Of a stretch of 64,000 nt of DNA, positions 9,913 through 20,900 are shown one piece after another; position 1 is the stretch's first letter, and every line of letters starts with the position of its first letter. The notes beneath the pieces are model-generated. The model ran no database searches and was not told the DNA's origin. It saw only the letters and a list, made by a program, of their open reading frames with translations. The DNA comes from Acidobacteriota bacterium (GTDB lineage Bacteria > Acidobacteriota > Vicinamibacteria > Marinacidobacterales > Marinacidobacteraceae): assembly GCA_022822745.1 (NCBI GenBank), contig JAJEAO010000008.1:529-64528 (forward strand). Reading direction: 5' to 3'. The position numbers and the translations under genes are program-made.

Positions 9913-12900
9913 ATGCGCGCCTCCTCTCGCCCCGACGCCGATGTCGCGGGCCGAATTCGTCGCCTGAGGAGCGGTCTCTGCTTCACGCAGAGTCAGCTTG
10001 CCGATGCGATGGGGGTTTCGCTCCTGACGATCCACCGCTGGGAGTCCCGGAAGTCGAAGCCGCGGGTGGCCGCCTTGCGCCGCGTCGCCGAACTCGAGGA
10101 GCGGTTGGCGCTGGCAGATCCTTCCAAGCCGCGCGCCGCGGTTCTCGGTCCGCCGCCGCTCGATTTCGCCGGGAATCCGGATGCGATTTCCGCCTTCGCC
10201 GAAGCCACCTTCCTGGTCCACGGCCACGAGTTCAATCCGGCCTTCGCCATCGAGACGTCGCGGATCGATCCCCTCCCGCACCAGCGGATCGCCGTGTACG
10301 AACGGATGCTGAGCCAGGACCCCATCCGCTTTCTGCTGGCGGACGACGCCGGCGCCGGCAAGACGATCATGACCGGCCTGCTGGTGCGGGAGCTTCTCTC
10401 GCGGAGGCGGATCGCACGGGTTCTGGTCGTTCCCCCTGCTGGCCTCGTGGGGAACTGGGAACGGGAGCTGCGCTCCCTCTTTCGCCTGCGGTTCCGGATC
10501 TACGAGTCCGGGGCGGGTTCCGCGAACGCGTTCGTCGGCACGGATGGGGATCTCGTGATCGTGTCGGTGGACACCCTCCGCGGTGATGGCGCCTTCCGGC
10601 TCCTGTGCGAACCGGATGTGGCCCCCTACGACCTCGTGGTCTTCGACGAAGCGCACAAGCTCGGCGTGAACCAGACCGGAACTCGCATCCGGAAGACGCT
10701 GCGCTATCGGCTCGCCGAAGGGCTGGCCGGTTGCGCTCGCCCCCAAAGCCCGTTCGCCCGTCTGCCCTGGTCAGCCAGGCACCTCCTTCTCCTGACCGCG
10801 ACTCCGCACATGGGCCGGGACACGCCGTACCACGCCCTGTGGCGCCTTCTCGACCCACGGGCGTTCGCCGCTGGCGAAGCCGTGCGGCGGCTCTCCCGGT
10901 CCGCCCGCCAGCGGCACTTCCTCCGGCGCACCAAGGAGGAGATGGTCACGCTGGAGGGCGAACCCCTCTACGTCACGCGCCACTGCGACACCCTGGGTTT
11001 CAGGCTGAGCCCGGGGGAGCGGGATCTCTACGACCGGACAACCGCCTATCTCGGGGAGTTCTACGGACGCGCGCTCTCGAATCAGCCAGCGGTCGAGCTG
11101 GCGAAGAGCGTGTTCCAGCGCCGGCTCGTCAGTTCCACCTGGGCCCTTCTGCGCTCGTTCGAGCGGCGCATCGCAAAGCTCCGAGCCACGGTCGAGGCCA
11201 TCGAGTCGGGCGAACAGGATCTCAGAACCCTGGCAAACCAGGCCGGTCTGCCGCGCGAGGACTTCTTCGAGACGCATGGCGCCGACGAGGAGAGCAGCGC
11301 GACGGACCGGGAAGAGAACGAGATCTACGAAGATGCCGTCCTGGGCGCGGTCGCCGCCGTGGCGATCGAGGATCTCCATCGGGAGATCGGCATCCTCCGG
11401 GGTCTCCGAAGCGATGCCCGCCGCCTCTTGCGCGCGGGCGACGAATCCAAGTTCACCGAGCTCCGACAAGTCCTGGAAGGCCGTCGGTACGGCAAAGACA
11501 AATGGCTCGTCTTCAGCGAGCACAGGGACACGGTGGACTACCTGGTGCGGCGGCTCGAGGGGCTGGGCTACTCCGGCCGCGTGGCGCAGATCCACGGTGG
11601 CATGGACTGGGTCGAGCGGGAGCAGCAGACGGAGGAGTTCCGCCGTGAGCAGGGCGCCCGCTTCCTGATTGCCACGGACGCGGCGGGAGAAGGGATCAAC
11701 CTCCAGTTCTGCCACCTGATGGTCAACTACGACATTCCGTGGAATCCGGCGCGGCTGGAACAGCGGATGGGGCGCATCCACCGCTACGGCCAGCGCCACG
11801 ACGTGCGCATCGTGAATCTGGTCTCGAAGGGCACGCGGGAAGGGCGGGTGCTCCGGGTGCTCCTCAGGAAACTGGATGTGATCCGCAGGAGGCTCTCGTC
11901 GGACAAGGTCTTCGACGTGATCGGCCGCCTCCTCGAGAACCGCTCACTATCCGAGTACATGCGGGAAGGTGGACGGAGGCGTCTCGAGGCTGCGTTCAAC
12001 GAGCACACAGTGCGCGCCATGAGCGGGCGGGAGGCAGCAGTCTATGGTCGTTCCGACGACCTCGGGGCCCGTCTTCCCGCCATGCGGTCGGAGATCGAAC
12101 GGGAGCAGTACGTCCGGATGCTCCCGGCCTACGTGCGGCGCTTCGTCGAACGGAGCGCGCCGCTCCTCGGGCTGGAAGTGCGCGGGGATCTGGACGCCCC
12201 CTTCTCGTTCACTCCGGGGCGCCCCGGCGCCCTGACGCCGCTCCTGCCCGTTCTCGAACCACTGAATTCGCGGGATCGCGAGCGGCTGTCCGTCCGTCGC
12301 TTGCCCGGCGGGGAGCCCGGCGTATGGCTCCATCCGGGCGAGCCTGTCTTCGATGTCCTCGCCGCCACGGCCCGTGAGCGCTTCTCCCGGGACGCCCAGC
12401 GCGGCGCCATCTTCAGCGACCCTCGCGCAGAGCACGCCTACCTCTTCTATCTCGGGCTGGTGTCCGTCGAGACGGAAGCGCCGCCGAGGCATGGCATTCT
12501 CGATGGAGATCCTCGTGGCCGGCTCGTGGAGCGGCGATTGGTCGGGCTGCGGCAGGCTGACGACGGCGCGTTGACGGAGGAGCCGGTCGAGCGGATGTTG
12601 CTCCTACACGGCGCACCGGGCGCGGCGCCGGGGGCGATTCCACTCGCGGCTCGAGCTCTCGTGATGCGGGCCGCAGCCCAGCGTCAGCTCGAAGGGATCG
12701 GAGATCGCCTTGCGGAGGCGCATCGCGATGGGCTTCGCCGCCTGGTGGCGGATCGCCAGCGCCGGACCGCCACCGGGATGGACCTGCGGCTCGCAGAACT
12801 CGCTCGCCGTCGCCGGACACTTCGGGACAGGAAGGAACCGGACATGGAGGCCCTGCGAGCGATCGGCGAGGAGCAGGCCCGCATTGTCAGCGAGAGATCC

Positions 12901-13557
12901 CGGGTCGCTCGTGAAGTCGCAGCCGCCCCCGGCCGCGTCCGCCGAGGAGACATCGAGATTGTCGCCAGCGTGCTCGTCATTCCGCCGGGAGACGGGAACG
13001 ATGCGGAGCGACACGACGAGCGGGTCGAAGAGATGGCCGTGCGCATCGCCTCGGGATGGGAGCGCGACCGGGGCGCCCGTGTCGAGGATGTCTCCACGCC
13101 CGCGAAAGCCCGGGCGCATGGCCTCCGCCCGTGGCCGGGTTTCGACCTGCGTTCCCAGCGTCCCGATGGCGAGACACGGAACATCGAGGTGAAGGGCCGC
13201 GTGGGCCGCGGAAGCATCCAGATCGAGACCAACGAGTGGAAGCAGGCGGTCCAGCTCGGAAAGTCCTACTGGATCTATGTCGTCCTCGACTGCGGCACAT
13301 CGCATCCGACGCTGGTCCGAGTCCAGGATCCGTGGAAGAACCTCTTCGCGAGAGAACGTTCCACAACGGCGTTCACGATCCCCGCCGCATCGCTCTTTCG
13401 CGTCGCCGAGCCCGACGACGCGGCGGCGCTCCTCAGTGACACAGCTGTCCAACGGGCCGGACCTCACAAGGAACCACGACGCTCGCTCCGACACCGCCGG
13501 ACAAACCGAACCAAGGCGACGGCGAGCACCGCCGGCCTCGATTCTCGCGACGGATAG
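9913..13557 (+). CDS. XRE-HTH + SNF2/SF2 helicase + DUF3883 PD-(D/E)xK nuclease fusion
   Basis: N-terminal TQSQLADAMGVS..IHRWE; LLADDAGAGKT, DEAH, TATPH, EGINLQ, EQRMGRIHRYGQ; C-terminal GFDLRS..IEVKGR..NEW. Confidence 0.93.
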   Translation: MRASSRPDADVAGRIRRLRSGLCFTQSQLADAMGVSLLTIHRWESRKSKPRVAALRRVAELEERLALADPSKPRAAVLGPPPLDFAGNPDAISAFAEATFLVHGHEFNPAFAIETSRIDPLPHQRIAVYERMLSQDPIRFLLADDAGAGKTIMTGLLVRELLSRRRIARVLVVPPAGLVGNWERELRSLFRLRFRIYESGAGSANAFVGTDGDLVIVSVDTLRGDGAFRLLCEPDVAPYDLVVFDEAHKLGVNQTGTRIRKTLRYRLAEGLAGCARPQSPFARLPWSARHLLLLTATPHMGRDTPYHALWRLLDPRAFAAGEAVRRLSRSARQRHFLRRTKEEMVTLEGEPLYVTRHCDTLGFRLSPGERDLYDRTTAYLGEFYGRALSNQPAVELAKSVFQRRLVSSTWALLRSFERRIAKLRATVEAIESGEQDLRTLANQAGLPREDFFETHGADEESSATDREENEIYEDAVLGAVAAVAIEDLHREIGILRGLRSDARRLLRAGDESKFTELRQVLEGRRYGKDKWLVFSEHRDTVDYLVRRLEGLGYSGRVAQIHGGMDWVEREQQTEEFRREQGARFLIATDAAGEGINLQFCHLMVNYDIPWNPARLEQRMGRIHRYGQRHDVRIVNLVSKGTREGRVLRVLLRKLDVIRRRLSSDKVFDVIGRLLENRSLSEYMREGGRRRLEAAFNEHTVRAMSGREAAVYGRSDDLGARLPAMRSEIEREQYVRMLPAYVRRFVERSAPLLGLEVRGDLDAPFSFTPGRPGALTPLLPVLEPLNSRDRERLSVRRLPGGEPGVWLHPGEPVFDVLAATARERFSRDAQRGAIFSDPRAEHAYLFYLGLVSVETEAPPRHGILDGDPRGRLVERRLVGLRQADDGALTEEPVERMLLLHGAPGAAPGAIPLAARALVMRAAAQRQLEGIGDRLAEAHRDGLRRLVADRQRRTATGMDLRLAELARRRRTLRDRKEPDMEALRAIGEEQARIVSERSRVAREVAAAPGRVRRGDIEIVASVLVIPPGDGNDAERHDERVEEMAVRIASGWERDRGARVEDVSTPAKARAHGLRPWPGFDLRSQRPDGETRNIEVKGRVGRGSIQIETNEWKQAVQLGKSYWIYVVLDCGTSHPTLVRVQDPWKNLFARERSTTAFTIPAASLFRVAEPDDAAALLSDTAVQRAGPHKEPRRSLRHRRTNRTKATASTAGLDSRDG

Positions 13558-13571
13558 AACTCAACACCTAG

Positions 13572-13868
13572 ATGATGACTGACGCCATTCTTTCCCTCGT
13601 GACCCCACTTGCGGGGTTCATCTTCTGGTATTGGAAGTACCGCCGGCGGGTGCGCTGGACGGAAGTCGAAGTGCGCTGGAGCCGAGGGGAACCTTGGTAC
13701 GTCGGCAAGAGTCGGCGCCGACGGTTCACGATCGTGTGCGGTGAGAACGCGGATGCGTCCATTCCGTGGTTCGTGCTGAAGGAGGACGAGCGTCGTCTCG
13801 CTCGTGGCTCCATCGCCGAACTCATGGATGTTGCGGAACGGGTGAACCGGACGCGGACGAACGTGTAG
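13572..13868 (+). CDS. Small hypothetical protein with N-terminal TM anchor
   Basis: 98 aa; hydrophobic N-terminus then WKYRRR; 14 nt after the helicase stop. Confidence 0.55.
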   Translation: MMTDAILSLVTPLAGFIFWYWKYRRRVRWTEVEVRWSRGEPWYVGKSRRRRFTIVCGENADASIPWFVLKEDERRLARGSIAELMDVAERVNRTRTNV

Positions 13869-14050
13869 ACACTCTTCAGGGGAATATGCGCAATACTTGA
13901 CATGACTCTCACGCCCCCCGTTCACGGCACTTTTTCGAGAGCAGGTAGAAGTTATGGTCGTATTCACTCAATTCGGGTGCCGAAAGCACTCGGGAGTATC
14001 ACTTCATTCTGGAAGCACACATAATCGCGCACAGCGCAAGGAGAGCCAGT

Positions 14051-14731
14051 ATGGTTGTTTCTTCCAACATCCTCCAAAGAGTATTCCTTCTCGCGTATGA
14101 AGGACAGATCGGAACCTGCTTTGCCGTAGATGTCGATGCGCGCCAGTATATCGTTACGGCGACGCACATGATGGCGAATCTTCAGGAACGCGGAACGGTT
14201 AGCCTAGCGACGGAGAGCGGTACACGGGAGATTTCAGTTCGCTTGGTTGGTCACTGCGCACCGCCGGCTGACATCTCTGTCTTGGCTCCGGAGCGCTCGT
14301 TGATATACGCTCCTCCCATTCAAGTGTCGGACGACGGCATGTTCCTCAGTGAGGATGTCTTCTTTCTCGGATTTCCGCATGGTTGGCGTATGGCAACTGG
14401 CGCGATCAACAACGGATTCCCCCTGCCACTCGTGAAGAAGGGAATCGTCGCGGGTTTCGGATTCACTGATGGAACCATACTTCTGGATGGCCACAACAAC
14501 CCAGGCTTCTCCGGAGGGCCAGTCGTATCGGAACAACTCTCGCAGCAGGCCGGGATGCCTGTCATCATCGGCGTTGTGTCGGGTTTCCGCTGCGCGGCCG
14601 AGCCAGTCATTGCCAATGGTCAGCAGATGGCTCTGCCATGGAAGCAGAACACGGGGATCATGGTTGCTGGATTCGCTAGTAGAGCGTTGGACGTGATTCG
14701 AGCCAATCCGATCGGCGCACCGCTGAAGTGA
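14051..14731 (+). CDS. Trypsin-like (S1) serine protease, no signal peptide
   Basis: Triad motifs VTATH, ADISVL, NNPGFSGGPV; stop overlaps the next GTG. Confidence 0.9.
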   Translation: MVVSSNILQRVFLLAYEGQIGTCFAVDVDARQYIVTATHMMANLQERGTVSLATESGTREISVRLVGHCAPPADISVLAPERSLIYAPPIQVSDDGMFLSEDVFFLGFPHGWRMATGAINNGFPLPLVKKGIVAGFGFTDGTILLDGHNNPGFSGGPVVSEQLSQQAGMPVIIGVVSGFRCAAEPVIANGQQMALPWKQNTGIMVAGFASRALDVIRANPIGAPLK

Positions 14732-17700
14732 GAGGACTAGTGGCCGTGCGGGGAAGATACGGTGTGAGCCGGCGGTTCATTGAGGCGGGGTTTCCGCTCC
14801 GTGAGGCGTCGCTTGATTCGGTCCACGAGAAGAACGTGCGCCACGGGCACATTTCGACGCTCCACATCTGGCCGGCGCGGCGGCCGCTCGCAGCGTGCCG
14901 GGCAGCGCTGCTGGCGACGCTCCTGCCTGATCCGGGGACCGAGGACGGGAGGCGCGAACTGAGAAAACGGATCGGCGGGGTCATCGAGGAAGTGCCGGGG
15001 GCGGGCGGACGGATGAAGCCGCAGACCGTCGGGGGCATCCTGCACTGGAAGCGAGAGGGAGACTCGGATCTCGGCGCATTCCGAAGGGAGATCCGGCAGG
15101 CGTTCGGGGGTCGGACGCCACGGGTCATGGATCCCTTCGCCGGCGGGGGCGCGATCCCCCTGGAGGCGATGCGGCTCGGTTGCGACGTGGTGGCGTCGGA
15201 TCTGAACCCGGTGGCCTGGTTCATCCTGCGGTGCACACTGCACTATCCCCGGCTGGTCGGGAGCGAGACCCGGCCGCTCCCGGCGTTCGTCACGGACGAC
15301 GCCGAGTTCCAGCAAGCGTTTCGAAAGGCGCATGGAATCCGGGCGCGTCAAGGCGGCAGGTCGCTGTTCACGGCGAGCGCGGAGGTGGACGCGGACTTTG
15401 CATGGCACCTGCGGGCGTGGGGGCGGCGCGTGCTCGCTCGGGCGCGGAAGCGCCTCGCGAGTCGCTACCCCACCTACGCCGAGTTCGAGCCGGTGCGACG
15501 AAAGGGCCGGAGGCGCAGCGCCGTGGTCGAGCGACCGTTCACTCGTAGGGAACGCAGGTTCCTGGAGCCGGACAGCGAGGGGCGGATCTCAGTCGAGGGG
15601 CTGAACGGCGAGTTCGACCGAGCCTACCTTGCGGACGACGCCAACCCGCGGTGGGTGGCCAAGCCTGTCGTCGCCGGTCTGTGGGCGCGGACGGCGCCGT
15701 GCGGAGGCTGTCGGGCGGAGGTTCCGCTCCTGAAGACCCGGTGGCTTTGCCGGACCTCCCGCAAGCGCATTCTTCTCACCTTGGAGCCTCGTCGTGACGC
15801 CAGCGGCGTGGAGTTCGGGCTCGCACAGGACGTGGCGCTCGGTGCGGGCAGCCCGGCGCAGCGGCGCGAGCACGATAAGCGGATCGGCGGCGGGACGATG
15901 AATCGGAGCGGCGCGATGTGTCCGCTGTGTGGGGCCGTCATGACGATGAGCGATCTTCGAGCTCATGGTAAGGCGGGCCGTCTGGGCGAGCGGATGACTG
16001 CTGTCGTAGTGGACGGGCAGCAAGGCAAGGAGTATCGGCTCCCCACGCCGCGAGATCTCGATGCGTCACGGATCGAGCGACAGGAGCTCGTGTCGCTCTT
16101 CGGGGGGATTCCCTTCGGTCCTCCGGACGAGGCCATCGACAGCGGTCGCCCTTCTCCGAACAGTCGTGGCGCCTCGGGTCTTCCCCGCTACGGATTCGAT
16201 CGATGGAGCGCGGTGTACACGGACCGCCAGTTGTTGACGCTCGGAACTTTCGTCCATGAGATCCGGGGAGTGTCGAGCGATTTACGGGAGTATCCCGAGC
16301 CGTGGCGACAAGGTCTGTGCGCTCAGCTCGCGTTGACCGTGAGCCGACTCGCCGACCGAGGAAGTGCGCTTGCGACGTGGACGAACAGTCCCGAGAAGAT
16401 CCGGAGCACTTTCGCTCGGTATGCGCTGCCCATGGTGTGGGACTTTGCGGAGTCGTGTCCCCTGACCGACACGACGGGTGGATTCGGGCAGGCCGTCGAG
16501 TGGATCGCGCGGGTCGTGGAGCATACGACGACAGCCGCGGGCCCGGCGCCGGTCTCGGTGGAGAGGCTCTCGGCGACGGATCCCCTCCCCGATGGAGCGG
16601 ATGTCATCTGCACCGATCCGCCTTACTACGACGCGATCCCCTATTCGGACCTCATGGACTTCTTCCACGTCTGGCTGAGGCGGACGATCCACGGACTGTC
16701 TCCGGAGGCCGACGCTGTGTTCGCTGACCCGCTGGGACCCAAGTGGGACCACGAACGCCGGGACGGAGAGCTGGTGGACCAGCCGAGTCGCTTTGGCAAC
16801 GATCGGGAGGCGTCTCGGAGAGCGTACGAGGACGGAATGTTCCGCGTCTTCACGCGGTGCTTCGAATCGCTGCGTCCGGACGGCCGGCTTGTCGTTGTCT
16901 TCGCCAGCAAGCAGCACGCGGCCTGGGAGACGCTCGTGACATCGCTGATTCGGGCCGGCTTTCAGGTGGTCGCCTCGTGGCCGATCGAGACCGAAATGAA
17001 GACGAGAGTTGCGGGAGGAGCAAGGCTCTCGTCGTCGATCTGGCTGGTGGCCCGCAAGCGAACGAATCTGACGCCGGGTTGGGACTCGCAGGTTCTCGAG
17101 GACATGCGGACCCGGATCACCGAGCGGCTGCGGGACTTCTGGGACGCCGGGATCCGCGGACCCGACTTCGTCTGGTCGGCGACGGGCCCGGCATTGGAGG
17201 CGTTCAGCCGGCATCCGGTCGTCCGGCGGCAGGACGCGCCCGGCGAGATCCTGAGCGTGCCCGAGTTTCTGCGCCATGTGCGTCGGAACGTCGTGGACTT
17301 CGCCGTCGGGCGGGTTCTGGGCGTGGGATCCGCGGGGCAGCACGAGCTCGACGATCTGACGACCTACTACCTGCTTCACCGGAGGGACTTCGGCCTGGCC
17401 GCTGCGCCTGCGGGCGCGGTGATCCTCTACTCACTCTCGTGCGGCCTGGCGGACGGCGATCTCACCGGGCGCCACGACCTGCTCGAGGTCGGAAAGGGGT
17501 CGTCGGCAGGAACGATGCGGCTCAAGTCATGGAGCCGCCGCAAGTCCCGCTCTCTCGGTGAGCCGGCGGCGAATGGCGCCGCGCCCCCGCTGGTGGACTC
17601 GCTCCACAAGCTGATGCAACTCTGGAAGACCGGTGAGCAGAGCCGCGTGGACAGCTATCTGGGGGCGCGCGGGCTGTGGGACAACAGCCTCTTCGAGCGG

Positions 17701-17826
17701 GTCGTCCAGGCCGTGCTCGACCAGGCGCCCCCGGGTTCCGATGAGCGCTCGCTCCTGGAGTGGGTCCAGAAGCACCTGGGCGCGAAGGGGGGTCGCCGGG
17801 CGCCGCGATACGTCGGAAGGATCTGA
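14728..17826 (+). CDS. DUF1156-domain amino-DNA methyltransferase
   Basis: TLHIWPARRPL, DPFAGGGAIPLEA, TDPPYY and CxxC pairs. The start may be GTG 14764. Confidence 0.93.
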   Translation: MRGLVAVRGRYGVSRRFIEAGFPLREASLDSVHEKNVRHGHISTLHIWPARRPLAACRAALLATLLPDPGTEDGRRELRKRIGGVIEEVPGAGGRMKPQTVGGILHWKREGDSDLGAFRREIRQAFGGRTPRVMDPFAGGGAIPLEAMRLGCDVVASDLNPVAWFILRCTLHYPRLVGSETRPLPAFVTDDAEFQQAFRKAHGIRARQGGRSLFTASAEVDADFAWHLRAWGRRVLARARKRLASRYPTYAEFEPVRRKGRRRSAVVERPFTRRERRFLEPDSEGRISVEGLNGEFDRAYLADDANPRWVAKPVVAGLWARTAPCGGCRAEVPLLKTRWLCRTSRKRILLTLEPRRDASGVEFGLAQDVALGAGSPAQRREHDKRIGGGTMNRSGAMCPLCGAVMTMSDLRAHGKAGRLGERMTAVVVDGQQGKEYRLPTPRDLDASRIERQELVSLFGGIPFGPPDEAIDSGRPSPNSRGASGLPRYGFDRWSAVYTDRQLLTLGTFVHEIRGVSSDLREYPEPWRQGLCAQLALTVSRLADRGSALATWTNSPEKIRSTFARYALPMVWDFAESCPLTDTTGGFGQAVEWIARVVEHTTTAAGPAPVSVERLSATDPLPDGADVICTDPPYYDAIPYSDLMDFFHVWLRRTIHGLSPEADAVFADPLGPKWDHERRDGELVDQPSRFGNDREASRRAYEDGMFRVFTRCFESLRPDGRLVVVFASKQHAAWETLVTSLIRAGFQVVASWPIETEMKTRVAGGARLSSSIWLVARKRTNLTPGWDSQVLEDMRTRITERLRDFWDAGIRGPDFVWSATGPALEAFSRHPVVRRQDAPGEILSVPEFLRHVRRNVVDFAVGRVLGVGSAGQHELDDLTTYYLLHRRDFGLAAAPAGAVILYSLSCGLADGDLTGRHDLLEVGKGSSAGTMRLKSWSRRKSRSLGEPAANGAAPPLVDSLHKLMQLWKTGEQSRVDSYLGARGLWDNSLFERVVQAVLDQAPPGSDERSLLEWVQKHLGAKGGRRAPRYVGRI

Positions 17827-17985
17827 GTCGGCCGGGGTCCGCGGATCCGGACGCAGAGGCTCGCGCGGGAGCACAGCGAGCCGCTCTGGCGCCGTCGGGG
17901 TGGGCATGCGGGTACGCTCCCCCGATCCAGCCCGGCATTCGCCGACCGGGATCGGTTCTCCTGAGGGGAGACGACGGAGACGACC

Positions 17986-20900
17986 ATGGCCAAGAGAGGA
18001 CGACCCACGCCCTGGCGCAAGGCAGTGCGCCTCCGCGATGAGCTGCTGAGCGGCGAACTCACGCTCGCCCAGTTCGCCGCGGACCTCCATGAGGTGGCGC
18101 AGGGCATGGGCTCTCGTCCGCTCTACGAGGATCCGGCTCGGTTCTTTGCGCTGACCTACGCGACCCATGCCATGCGCGAACTCGTGGCGGGAGTCGCGGA
18201 GCGTCTTCGGGGTCAGAGCGACAAGGCGGTCCGGCTACTCGAGGTCACGTACGGAGGCGGCAAGACGCATACCCTCATCACCCTCCACCACCTGTTTCGG
18301 GATCCGGCGTCTCTCCCCGCGCTGGCTGCGGTGCGGGAGTTCCGAGAGGCTGTCGGAGGTGTGCTGCCGGGGGCGTGCGTAGTCTCGCTCTGTTTCGACA
18401 AGATCGATGTGGAGAAGGGCATCGAGGATGTCCCGGGTCCGGGCGGCTCACGACGCACGCTGCGGCATCCGTGGAGCATTCTCGCTTACCAGCTCGCTGG
18501 CGACGCCGGCCTGGCGTTGATCCACGGCGAGGGGCTGGCGGAGGAACGCACGACGCCTCCGGCGGAGCCACTGGTCGCCAGGCTCCTGCGGATTCCCCGG
18601 AAACAGGGGCTCGGCACATTGATTCTGGTCGACGAAGTCCTCATGTACGCCCGGCAGAAGGCGGGGATGAGTGGGGAGTGGCACAGCCGAGTCCGGAACT
18701 TCTTTCAGTACCTCGTTCAGGCGGTGGTGAAGGTGGACCGGGCAGCGATGGTGGCTTCCCTTTTGCCCAGTGACCCGACGAGACAGAAGGACGCTGATGG
18801 GAAGCTCGCCCTGGGTGGCATCGCCCAGGTGTTCCGCCGTCAGCAGGAGGAGGCCATCCAGCCGGTCTCGAAGGAGGAGGCTGGGGAGATCCTGCGTCGC
18901 CGTCTGTTCGCGCCCGATCGTCTGGACAAGCCGGATTCCTACCGCCACCACGTGATTGCCGCCGTTCGGGATCTCGGGAGGCTGGATGCGGACATCAGGA
19001 AGGCGCCAAAGGAATCTCACGCTCGCTTCCTGGCGAGTTATCCGTTCCACCCGGACTTCCTGGACGTCTTCTACAGTCGGTGGATCCATCTCGAAGGCTT
19101 TCAGAAGACGCGGGGGGTTCTCCGCACTCTCGCCATCGCTCTCAAGGAGGCGGTGGGTTGGGACGATTCGCCGGTCATCGGCCCGGCTGTCCTGCTCGCG
19201 GCTCCTGAGGAACGGGACGCGTCGCGCGCCCTCGCGGAGCTGGCGAATGTGGCGCGGTCCGAGGAGGTCGAGCAGAGGCAGATCGCCTGGAAGCAGCTCC
19301 TCGAGAAGGAGTTGGAACTTGCCCGGCAAGCGCAACAGGATCAGCCTGCCCTCGTGCGGCATCGCGAAGTGGAGCAGGCCGTGGTCACGGTGTTCCTGCA
19401 TTCGCAGCCGGTCGGGCACAAGGCCGGCACGCGGGATCTGATCCGTCTGATCGGCACCCGGTCTCCGGACGCAATCGAGCTGAAGAAGGGGCTCCAACGG
19501 TGGCGCGACACTTCATGGTTCCTCGACGACGGGGAGTACGCCGGCAGTGATGAGGATCTTCCGACTTCATGGCGCCTCGGCGATCGGCCCAACCTGAGGC
19601 AGATGCACGACCAGGCGCTCCGCCAGCGGATTCGCCCTGAGACGGTGGAGGAGCGGCTCCTCGAGGCGATCCGGAAAGCGAACAAGCTCAAGGCCGGCGC
19701 GAAGGCCGCGGGAGCCGTGGTTCATCTCCTTCCCCAGCGGCCGGCCGATGTGAAGGACGATGTCCAGTTCCGTTTCGTTGTGCTCGGTCCACGGGCCGCG
19801 TCGGAGTCAGGGAAGCCCAGCGCTCTCGCAAGGCGTTTCCTGGACGAGACCACGCGCCCGGATCGACCGCGCGTCCACCGGAACGCCGTCGTGCTCGCCG
19901 TCCCCTCGAGGGATGGGCTGACCGCAGCCCGAAGCGTGATGGCCGACCTCCTCGGCTGGCAGGATGTGCGCGCCCAGCTCGCACGGCCCGGGCACAAGAT
20001 GGATCCGGCGCGCCGCTACCGGTTGGACGCGAATCTGAAGCGAGCAGAGGAGCGTCTGCCTGACGCGGTACGTCAGGCCTACGGCACCGTCGTCACGACG
20101 AACAAGGCGAATCAGGTCCACGCATTTCGACTGCGCGCCGACGGCGGTCCGCTCTTCGATCAGATCTGCGGGGACGACAGGGCGCGGATTCGCCAGCAAC
20201 CGCTGGAGCCGGCCGGGCTCCTCCCCGGTGCGCCGAACTCTCTCTGGCACACGGGGGAATCCTCGCGCCGGATGGTGGAGCTCGCCGGAGCTTTCGCACG
20301 GCTGCCGAAACTCCCCAAGCTGTTGCGACCGGGCGTCGTGCGCGACACGGTGATTGACGGCGTCGAGAAGGGGCTGTTCGTTGCTCGTCTGCCGCGCCCC
20401 GACGGGACATCCCGCACCTGGTGGCGCGACCGCGTGGATTCCGATGCTGCCAAGGCGGCTGATCTCGAGATCCTCCTGCCCGAGAAGGCGCAGCTCACCG
20501 GGCTCGATCCGAAGCTGCTGGACCCGGATGGCGACCGCCTTCCGGGCCTGTGGGCGAAGGGGCCGCTCCCCGTGGCTGATGTCGTGGCCTACTTTGGCGG
20601 CGGCAGGAGGATCGCCGTGGGCGAGTTCGACCAGGTGATCGCGCCGAAGTGTGACCCCGCCATCGTGCGCTCGGCGGTAAGGGAGGCTGTTGAGGCCGGA
20701 ATCGTCTCGCTTGTGAACCGACCGACCTCCCTCTGGAAGGAGGAATGTCCGGAGTCGGCCCTCGACGGAGCCGCGGAGCTGCGACCGGCGCCCGAACTGA
20801 TCCCCCCGGGCGATCTGGGACCCGACGCCCTGCCGGCCGGGTGGACTGACGGCGCGACGAACGGTTTCACTCTCGCGCAGGCGTTGTCGCAGGCCCGCGG

